Of a stretch of 64,000 bases of DNA, positions 42,501-49,884 are shown in pieces. A model generated the notes under the pieces. It was not told where the DNA came from, searched no databases, and was given only the letters and a program-made list of their open reading frames with translations. The stretch's first letter is position 1. Each line of letters opens with the position of its first letter. Made by a program: the position numbers and the translations under genes. This DNA is from Pelagomonas calceolata (Eukaryota): positions 5,208,001 to 5,272,000 of the forward strand of contig CAKKNE010000003.1 of assembly GCA_918797485.1 (NCBI GenBank), written 5' to 3'.

Positions 42501-43149
42501 GCTCCAGGCGCTCGTCGACGTCGTCTCGTCCAACGGCTGGCTCGCGCCGGCGCTGCACGCCATGGAGCTGAGCCAGATGGTCGTCCAGGGCCTGTGGCAC
42601 GACGACCCGCCGCCGCTCCAGGTGCCGCACGTCGACGCGGCCACGCTCGCGCGAGCCGCGGCGCGCGGCGCGCGGCTCGACCAGGTCTTCGACGTCGCCG
42701 CGCTCGACGACGACGTCCGCGACGCCGTGCTCGCGCTCGACCCGGCGCGGACGGCCGACGTCGCGAACTTCTGCAACGACTACCCGAACGTCGAGCTCCG
42801 CTACTCGGTCCTCGACGCCGACGCCGTCGTCGCCGGCGAGCCCGTCGCGCTCTCGGTGACCCTCGAGCGCGAGGTCGACGACGACATGCAGGACGTCGGA
42901 TTGGTCCGCGCGCCGCGCTTCCCGGCGCGCAAGCGCGAGGGCTGGTGGCTCGTCGTCGCCGACGTCGCGAAGAACGCGCTCCTGGCCGTCAAGCGCGTCT
43001 CCGTCGCGCGCGCGGCCGACGTCCGGCTCGACTTCGTCGCGCCGCGCGCGCCCGGCGCCGCGTCCCTCACGCTCTACTTCATGTCCGACTGCTACCTGGG
43101 CGTCGATTTGCAGTACGAGTTCACGCTGGAGGTGCGCCCCTCCGAGTAG
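36514..43149 (+). CDS. BRR2: U5 snRNP 200 kDa RNA helicase (2211 aa), intronless
   Basis: N-terminal QYEYRANSNLVL and EPTGEVESL. First cassette APTGAGKT, DEIH, SATLPN and QMLGRAGRPQYD. A second degenerate helicase cassette and two Sec63 domains follow. Confidence 0.98.
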   Translation: MAEEFARNRQYEYRANSNLVLEADRETRRRTDEPTGEVESLWGRMGAQRMGDKVRGGRAPDGDERARRARASREKRRRGDAEDLATQKRRRRGDGGDGADDGADGGGYRPRTKEARAAYEAILADVRAALGDAPRDVLAGAAEEALHVLKRDGVRDADRHAELERLLGARVPDERFAALVARGKRVTDFDAGGAGAGGDDAGGLDEEMGVAVVFDEDESDDEAQDVDEVHSEEEDDDAARGVEAARDGKLLTGVGDDAAAAAGAAGADGAAPLDVHAVDAHWLQRGISAFVEDANASALLARDVLAALGPDGGDERACETRLVMLLDYDRFDFIKTLLANRSRVFYCTRLKQAQTEAEAEAVRAQMAADVDGGGAAILEALAQTGSAETWAQDRAADFANRTRREAVGLSKLRGVQLDDGERARLARADDDAAAAGAAPAAPPAEARGGGARAPARVLDLDALAFARGAHQMTNRRCELPPKSWRAQKKGYEEVHVPAAVNTEASKIPLVPVDALPAWTRPAFAGMRTLNTVQSKLLPAALRSSQNLLLCAPTGAGKTNVAVLAMLSCLAAHRQNAEDDACCRVDLDAFKIVYVAPMKALVQEVVLNFGKRLAPYGVQVRELSGDQSLTVAQIQATQVIVTTPEKWDIVTRKGGDRAYTQLVRLIIIDEIHLLHDDRGPVLESIVARTVRQVEATRDAVRLVGLSATLPNFADVAELLRVEPSAGMFFFDNSFRPVPLQQQYVGVAEKKALKRFQLMNQICYEKVLAQAGRNQVLIFVHSRAETAKTAAALRDMALNDDAIHRFVREDSATREILQEECETAKSEALKDLLPYGFAIHHAGLARADRTLVEDLFADRHVQVLCSTATLAWGVNLPAHTVIIKGTQVYSPEQGRWVELSPLDVVQMLGRAGRPQYDAEGEGIVITKHSELQYYLSLMNQQLPVESQLVKHLPDHLNAEVALGTVRDVRDAAAWLAYTYLYVRALRAPERYGAAAGRDADDASLLQWRLDLAHSAALRLDRDGLVAYDRRSGALRATALGRVAAHYYVSSQSMATYNEHLKPNLSDVELFRLFSFSGEFRHVHVRAEEKLELAKLATRVPIPIKEGMDEPSAKVNALLQAYISNLGLEGFALVADMTFVRQSAARLCRALFEVALKRGWAAAADKALTLCKMVERRLWPSQCPLRQFRGVPETIARKLEKKEIAWDRYYDLKPGDLAELVKLPKMGKTLHRLVHQIPRVELAAHVRPVSRGLLHVEVVVSPDFQFEAKVHDYAQIFHVIVEDVDGERILHHEPLRVSLDRADAEHVVELRVPVSDPPPPQYFLKVVSDRWLHSTACLPVSFRHLILPRKHAPHTELLDLQPLPVGAVGSPELAALFADVGPYFNPIQTQCFAALYESDESALVCAPGGAGRLVCADLAVLRHVVRRRAARARAGGGGGGGGGVVYVAPRAATVRRVLRRWRARFAALPGGALVAAEATGDVAADLRALREGDVLLATAERWDALSRRWKQRPAVRDVGLFVFDDLHCVGRDTAGSTLEIVASRARYVASQLDAPARVVGLAAATADARDVGDWLGVPAERCYAFAATVRPVPLELSVVAFDAPHVQSRLLSMGKALYDLAERVAPDAPVLAFAPSRKQCQLTAIDVAVRAAADADGAAARRPTRVGRRGGDAAFDDPALPRTVEAGVAFLHAGLSARDRATVERLYAADELWMLVAPASTCWDLDATAKLVCVLGTEAYDGARHRYVDYDVTDVLEMTSTAGRPGGVDDDAACAVFCHAPKQAYLKRALYEPLPVESRLDDDLHDHVNAEVVARTIESKQDCVDYLTWTFYYRRLAKNPNYYDLRGASHRHVSDHLSELVERVAGDLEDAGCVRVGDDETSLAALNLGMIAAYYRLRYATVELFAASAAEASRVPQLLEVLAHAAELRDLPQRPQDAPALEALARHARHKPPRGCGPPGRDAAAKAHALLQSHFSRRPVASADLRADRDAAVEASVALLQALVDVVSSNGWLAPALHAMELSQMVVQGLWHDDPPPLQVPHVDAATLARAAARGARLDQVFDVAALDDDVRDAVLALDPARTADVANFCNDYPNVELRYSVLDADAVVAGEPVALSVTLEREVDDDMQDVGLVRAPRFPARKREGWWLVVADVAKNALLAVKRVSVARAADVRLDFVAPRAPGAASLTLYFMSDCYLGVDLQYEFTLEVRPSE

Positions 43150-43458
43150 CAGGCCGCCGCGCTTGGCTAAGTATCCTCGAACCAACTTGAACACTCTAAT
43201 ATAGGTCGTTTGTGGCCTCGATGGCATGTCGACTCACTCTCCATAACATACAAAATAGAACGATTTGGCCTGCCGGGATATCTACGGAGCGACTCGGATA
43301 CTACTACTAGTAGTAGACTCGGATATCCTGAGCCCGGGTCCGAACTTCAGGTTGTGTCCGCGAAAAAGAGATATGGGCACACCGCAGCTGACTACTTCCT
43401 CCCCGGGGATACGACTCGGTGGAGGAGAGAGAGAGAAGCTTAGTGCCGGGAGGGCGTT

Positions 43459-45116
43459 CTAGACGAAGTCCATCATGGCCGTCACGTCGCGGTCCACGTC
43501 GGCGTGGCCGTCGTCGCGGTCCACGTGGGCTTCGGCCGTCACGAGGTCGGACTTGAGGATGAAGTTCGGGTTGAGCGCGACGCGCTCGGCCATTGCGGCG
43601 GCGGTGGCGCCCACGTCCAGGACGGCCGCGACGGCCGCGTGGAGCTCGGCGGCGACCTGCTGCTCGGACGCGAACGCCGGCGCGGCGCCGTCGAAGCGCG
43701 CGACGCGCCGCGCGTCGTCGATGCGGAGCACGCCGAGCGCGCCGGTCGCGACGGCGTCGACGAGGGCCGCCTCGGCCTCCTGGCCGTCGGCGAGGCCGAG
43801 CTTCGTCGCGGCGGCGCCGAGCGGCAGCGCGACGTATACGCGAGGGAGCCTTTCGGCCTGTGTCGAAATCAAAGTTCGGGCGCCCCACGCCATCGACGCG
43901 ACGTCGTCTTCGTGACTGCGTCTACTCGATGGCGTGGAGGTTCCGCGGCATCGACACGACGTCGTTCCCGTCACGGTGTCTGATCGACGGCGTGGAGGGT
44001 CGCGGAGGTCTCGGCAATAGATAACCAAACTCACTGGTTGGTTTCCACGCTGCTTTCTGCGGCGCGGCGGCGGCGCGCGCCGACGAGGCGCGCCGCGAGG
44101 TCGGCGTTGCCGTCGCGCGCCAGCGCGTCCGCGTGCGTCGCGAGCGCGGCGGCGAGCGCGGCGCCGTCGTCGTCGGTGGCGAACGCGGCGGCGAGGTCGA
44201 GGTACGCGCCGGCCACGGCGCGCGCGGCGCGGCTCACGCACGTCGGCGCGTAGCGCGGGAGGCGCCCGGCGTCCGCCGGGTCGCCCGCGCCGGCGAGCAG
44301 GCGGCAGAGCACGAGCTTGCGGAGCGCCGCGACGGCGATCGCGCTGAGGCTCGCCGCCGGCGCGGTCGCGCAGAGCCGGAAGGCGTTTGCCGCCGCGGCC
44401 CAGCGCGCCGACCCGGCCTCGACGACGCCCGCGTAGTAGAGGTAGCGCAGCACGTCCTCGGGGCGGAGGCCCGCGACCGGCGCGGCGCGCGCGGCGGCGG
44501 CGCGCGGCGGCGGCGCCGGCGGCGCCGCGTCGACCCCGTCGCCGCCGGGCGGCGGGGCGGCGCCCGCGGCGCGCGGGGCGGCGGCGGGCGGCGGCGCGGC
44601 GACGCGCGCGACGGGCGCCGCGCCGAGGAAGCGCCGGCCGCGCGCGTAGTCGCGGCCCGCGAGGCAGCACTGGAGGCAGTCCGCGTGCGCCGGCGTGAGG
44701 CACCCGGGCGCCGGCGCGAGCGCGGGTGCCACCGCGGCGAGCGCGGCCGCCGCGACGCGCGCGACGGCGCCGCCCTCGCCGCAGGCCAGCGCCGCGAGCC
44801 GGTGGCAGAACGCCGCCGCGAGCTTGGGATTGAGGCGGAGCTGCGCGCCGTCCGCGGCGCGCGCAAAGCGCGCGCACCGCCGCGCCTCGCGCGCGACGGC
44901 GGCGTCGGTACGGTCGGCCTCGAGGGCGGCGAGCCGGGCGGCGAGGACGTGGAGGAGCCCCAGCGCGTGCCGCGCGTGGTCGAGGCGCTCGCAGGCCAGG
45001 ACCACGGCCGCCTCGTCGCGAGTCACTTGGCGGAGCGCTTCTTCGCGCGACCGCAGCTGGCCGTCGAGCGAGCGCGGGTCCGCGGCTCCGGTGATCATTT
45101 GAATGATGCCCTCCAT
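43459..45116 (-). CDS. CSN3: COP9 signalosome subunit 3-like PCI protein; exons 45116-44061, 43857-43459
   Basis: LDHARHALGLLHVL, LTPAHADCLQCCL, VLRYLYYAG, SAIAVAALRKLVL and DGNADLA motifs, plus the PCI tail ERLPRVYVALPL...RIDD. Confidence 0.8.
43858..44052. mobile_element. Introner element, 195 bp, forming GC-AG intron 44060-43858
   Basis: Ends CTGTGTCGAAATCAA and TTGGTTTCCACGCTG. TSD CTTTCGGC versus CTTTCTGC (7/8). Removal fuses the two CSN3 ORFs in frame. Confidence 0.88.
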
Positions 45117-45743
45117 CTTTTTTTGCTTGCAAAAAAAGTGCTCGCGGTGTTTCGAGCCGACCCCTGCTCGAGTATGCTAGGCATCCCTATGTATTCATAG
45201 TGTCTTACCTGTAAGTACAGGCCGCTAGCACGCGGACTTTCCGCGCGGGAGCCCTGGAAGCCGCGCCCCGGGGACGGGATCTCCTCAAACTGGCTCATTG
45301 CCGAACTGACTCATCGCCAGGCAGGCACACGGACTAAAACTTCAATATAACCCCAATATCCTATAGAGTGTTAGTACAGGCCGCTAGCGGCATTAAATTT
45401 CCTGTCTTGGAGAGGTAGCGAAGTCCATTTCCTATTATCCGACGGCTGCGGGGGAAAACAAGACAGTTCCGTTGCGATAGAAATGCCCCAAATCGACTAA
45501 AGAAATTAGAAATCGAGGACGGAGGGACGCGCATCGTTTGCGAAAGCCTCAAAAAGGAGACAAGCAAAAGAAACGTGAACCGCGCTCGGCGCTTTAGAGA
45601 AGGAATCTAATCCGAGGCTCGCTAGACCCCTGCGCGCGGCGACTTGCGCGGCGGCTGCGTCATGACGTACCCCGGCATTCATCTCTCAATTGCCAAGATT
45701 TCGAGGGTTCTCCGAGTCAGAGCTCGTGGCGGAGAAGCCAAAG

Positions 45744-47995
45744 TCAGACGATGGTGCGCGCGTAGAGCCGCGACGCGTCGCCCGGCGCCCGTGCGAGCGC
45801 GGCGCGCCAGACGTCGAGGCCCGTCGCGTTGACGAGCGCTTCGACGACGCCGCAGACGCGACGCGGGTCGCGGCCGAGCGCCGCGCGCGCCGCGGGTACG
45901 CTCGCGCAGCTCCGGCCGAGCGCGACGCGGCAGCAGAACGACGCCGCGTTCTTCTGGCCCGACCGCACGAAGTCCCGGACGAGCTGCCGCTGCGCGAAGG
46001 TGGGTCGGCCGCCGGGGCCGCCCTCGAGGCCTGCGTGCTACCGGGTCGCACGAGCCCATCTCGACAGGGGCCGCGTAGCAATCGCCGACGCTCGTCGAGA
46101 TGGAAGGAGGCGCCGTGAAATTTGATTCGCGCGCTGCCCGAGGCCCCACGCCATGAGCGCGCCGAAGCGCGCGAAGAACGCGCGCGCGTCGGCCGCGGCC
46201 GGGAACGTCCGGGTGCTGACGCCGAAGGCGTCGAGCGTCAGGAGCACGACGTTCGGGAACCAGCAGTCGCGGTCGCCGCAGGCGGCGCGGGTCGGCGGTT
46301 CGTCGTGGCGGTGTTTCAGGAGCCAGCGCCAGAGCGAGTTCGCCGGCGCCGTCGCGAAGGGATTCGACAGGTCGAGCGCGCCGAGCGCCTCGGCGTACGG
46401 CGGCGCCGGCGCCTGCGTGGAAATCAACATAATCACGCGGAAAACCCACCATCCCGCGCGAACCGCGACCGTTTCGGGAGGACATGAGCCGGAAAGTTCC
46501 GCACGGGCCGGCGCGGGGGGCCCGCGGGCGCGCGCGCGGCCGGCGGCGACGAGCGAGCCGGGGAGGCCGCGGAGCCAGTACGGGACGGGCGCGCCGTTGT
46601 CGAAGGCGGCGAGGCCGTAGCGGCACGCCGCGCGGTGGCGGGCCGCGCCGGCCGTCGCGCGCGCGTAGTCGCGGAAGAGCGGCGCGAGGTTCGGGAAGTC
46701 GCCGAGGCGGAAGCGGGTCTGGTGCGGACTCAGCGACGCGTCGGGGTCCCAGGCGTCGGTCGCGACGCCCGAGAAGTGGACGAAGATCAGGGGCGCGCCC
46801 TTGTACGTCGCCGCGCCGTCGGAGGGCCTGACTCGGATTTCGCGGCCGCGGTAGTGCAGGTTCCAGTAGGCCACGTTGTAGCGCGGGTCCCGCAGGACGT
46901 GGTACGCGTCCGGCGGGTAGAACGACGCCACGAAGGCGCCCCACTGCTGGTCGTAGTGCAGCCCTTTCTCCAAGTCGACGTGGCCCTCGAAGCGGAGCCG
47001 CGCGGCCCACCACGCCAGGAAGTGGTCCAGCACCGGTTCGTGCGCCCGGGAGAGCCCGAGGAACCCAAAGTTGTAGACGCCCGTCCGCGCGAGCTGGAGG
47101 TCCGTCTGCCACTTTCCGTCGTCGGGGTTCGGCCGCGTGACGTGCGGCGTGACGAGGATCGCGACGCGATGTAGTCGTAAAACTAGTTCGTCAAGATCCG
47201 CGTAGAACTGGATGTCGGGGTCGAAGTAGAGGCAGCGCGCGTGGCCGCGCGCGAACAGGAGCCGGAACACCCACGGCTTGACGGCCGTGCTGAAGCATTT
47301 CAGGCCGTAGCGGAACGCGAGCTCGTTGATGTCGTAGGGCATCACGGCCCGCAGATCGTCGAGCGACGCGGTCGCGACGGCCGTCGTCGACGCGCGCGCC
47401 GCGACGGCCGCGAACTCGCGGCGGACGGCGGCCACCGCCGCGTCGCCGGCGTGCCGCGCGTCGGCGACGAACCACACGAGCTCGGGTAGGTGCGGTGCCT
47501 GCGGGAGGTACGATGCGGTAGCGCTGGGGGGCGCCCGCGGGCCACCCGAAGGCGCCCCGGGCTTCGACGACGCCGGCGCGGCGCGTGCGCGAGGAGGCTC
47601 TCGAGGAACGGCCGGACGACGCCCCAGTTGTTGTAGGCGCTGATCGTGAACGCCGCCGTCCCGCGCCAGGCGCCGCGCGCCCGTCGCGCCTTGACGCGCC
47701 GGAGCGCCGCGTGGACGCGCGCGCTCGCCTCCGCGTCCGCGGCCGCGCGCGCCGCGCACGCCCCCGCGCCGCCGGCGCCGCCGGCGACGGCGTCGCAGAG
47801 TGCGGCGGCGCCGGCGTCGCCGCCGCGCGTCAGCCCCGCCGCGCCGCAGTCGCCGCCGAGGTGCGCGAGCCAGGCCGCCAGGTCCGCGCACTCCTGGACC
47901 GGGCGCAGGTCCCGCGGCGCCGCGTCCGCGGTCACCGCCGCGTCCGCCGGCGCGCCGACGACGATCGCGGCGACCACCAGCGCGGCTGCTGCCAT
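45744..47995 (-). CDS. Secreted GT-A glycosyltransferase-like protein; exons 47995-47585, 47498-46515, 46412-46145, 46030-45744 (649 aa)
   Basis: Signal peptide, then FSTAVKPW, YFDPDI (DXD), LVTPH, GVYNFGFLG, DQQW, YNVAYWNLH and FVHFSG. Three GC-AG introns give a 1950-nt frame. Confidence 0.8.
46031..46136. mobile_element. Degenerate introner, forming GC-AG intron 46144-46031 (114 nt)
   Basis: TSD CTCGAGGC versus CCCGAGGC. Ends CTGCGTGC and TTTGATTCGCGCGCTG. Confidence 0.75.
46413..46506. mobile_element. Introner element, 94 bp, forming in-frame GC-AG intron 46514-46413 (102 nt)
   Basis: Perfect TSD GCCGGCGC. Ends CTGCGTGGAAATCAAC and GTTCCGCACGG. Confidence 0.85.
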
Positions 47996-48249
47996 GCGCT
48001 GCCTGGCATTCTTTTACCTACAGCTTGAGTAAAGGCGGGGCAGCCTCAAATTGGGTATTTTTGTACACGCACACAGATCGAGTCGATTTTCCGCGTTCTC
48101 GTGCACCACCCTTCTTCCTGTCAGGGACTCTTCGAACCCAGTAGCTACTAGATAGGTACTAGCAGCCGTAGGTAAATGGTAAATCCTTGTGCGATCTTGC
48201 TCCGCTTCGCGTGTTGTACCCCGGACCGGGTGCCGGGTGGCGTTGGAAA

Positions 48250-48978
48250 ATGTTGCATTTTAGGCTAGGCTTGCTGGGGGCTTTCAGCGCATCCTCGTAC
48301 ACCCTACCCAGGCCGGTGCGCAGCCAAATCCGGCCGCTCGGGGCGGTTGACATCGACCCAGGGACGGTGATCGGCGTGGTGGCCGTGGCCGGCGCTGCTG
48401 TCGCCTTCGCGGCCCAGAGCGACGAAGTAGAGGCGGCGTCGGCATCGGGACCGCCGTCGAAGGCGTCGCCGGTGTTCTCGTTCGGCAGGAAGCAGCGCGC
48501 CAAGGAGGTGTCGGTGCCTGCGTGGAGTGGCGACGCGTACGGAACGGCTCGTTGGCCGAAGCCGCCGCCGCCGCCGCCGGTGCGGCCCAAGGCGCCGACG
48601 ATGGAGCGCGTGGGGTGGTCCGGCGACGTCTTCTCCAGCGCGACGCGCGAAGCATTGCGCGCGGCTGAGCTGGAGGTCGCAGCGGCGAGGCTCGCGGAGC
48701 GCCGCGACCGCATTTCAAAGCTTGGGGTGCGGCGGGCCGCGCCGCCCGCCATGCCCCGCGAGGCCTGGAGCGGGTCCCCCTTCTCGTCGCCGGCGCGCGT
48801 GACGCTGCCGAGCGAGTCGTTCTTCGACCAGTTTTTCAACTTCTTTAGCAAGCCCGCGCAGAATGCGCCCGCCGCGCCAACGCCCGCCGCGCCGCCGTCG
48901 AACGGCGCGTGGCGGTCGACCTGCGACGCCTCGGGCGTCGTCTCGTGGTACGACTTTGGCGTCCGACTCGGCGGTTGA
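48250..48978 (+). CDS. Probable plastid-targeted, largely disordered protein with three WSG motifs and a C-terminal SWYDFGVRL
   Basis: Presequence ends SASS-YTLP, followed by one hydrophobic segment and Pro/Ala-rich linkers. Confidence 0.7.
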   Translation: MLHFRLGLLGAFSASSYTLPRPVRSQIRPLGAVDIDPGTVIGVVAVAGAAVAFAAQSDEVEAASASGPPSKASPVFSFGRKQRAKEVSVPAWSGDAYGTARWPKPPPPPPVRPKAPTMERVGWSGDVFSSATREALRAAELEVAAARLAERRDRISKLGVRRAAPPAMPREAWSGSPFSSPARVTLPSESFFDQFFNFFSKPAQNAPAAPTPAAPPSNGAWRSTCDASGVVSWYDFGVRLGG

Positions 48979-49884
48979 GACGCGCCCCCGGTCGTGCGCG
49001 AAGCGCTCGCTGCTGCTCTCCACGTCAAAATCTGCGCCGGACTGAAAAAGAAATAAATTAGAAATTTGAATCTAGGACTCGGACTCTGAGATCTACTCTG
49101 AGTCGGGACTGAGGCCTGAGAAACCAGGAGCTCCGACGTCGAATACAGAGGCCGCGGCGGCCCGTCGCGGCTCCCGGGCACACGGGGGGAAGGGGAACTT
49201 GGCCGCGGTCGTCGGTCTCGGAGTAGAGAGGCGGCCGAACGCCGAAGAGGAGTAACATCGACGGCCTTGACGGGCTCGGAGGGGACGCCGTAGCACGCCG
49301 AAGAGGAAGCCGGCCCTCGCGGAAGAGGCGGCCGCGGCGCCGGGAAGCCGGGAAGGGCGCGAGTGAGGTGAAAACTCCCCTAGATATATATCTGCAACGC
49401 CATAGCCCCCTATCGCCGGATCTATGGCTACATTACTCTCGCCTATCAGCGAGCTATACCGACCGGCATGCGCCCGGAGCCGATATTTCCCTGGGTCCGG
49501 CGCACGCCAGGGCCGCGAACGATCACGCCGGTGCCGCCGATACGCCTGGCGCGCCCGTCGCGGGTGGGCTTTGATCTGAGACGTGCGACCGTGATGGGCC
49601 GCTGTGTGCTCTTCTCCATAACTCAAAGAGCCGGTGCCCCGGAAGGGACAGGTAGACGACGGTGCCGTAGGACCCGTCGGCTCCGACACATCCCTTAAGA
49701 TTTATTTATTTTTATTTTATAACCGTGACTCCAACTTGAATTTTAACTTGAAGGTAACTTTGGGGCGGGGGTTATTTTTGAGTTAGATGAGTCTTTTAAG
49801 ACTCGCCAGCGTGGCGAGAGACAAGGCTGGCACCCTCCAGTCTCCTGCGGCCGCTACGTTAGTGGTCCAAGTCGTATGAATGAC

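Noticed and set aside
36355..43227. 2290-aa minus-strand ORF (also 27227-29806 +, 9853-11895 - and many Arg/Ala-rich ORFs)
   Set aside because: These are antisense or alternate-frame shadows of GC3-rich genes. Stops are rare in such DNA and the ORFs show no recognisable motifs.
49093..49689. 198-aa minus-strand ORF in the spacer
   Set aside because: No recognisable motif and atypical codon usage. It may be a remnant but cannot be supported.
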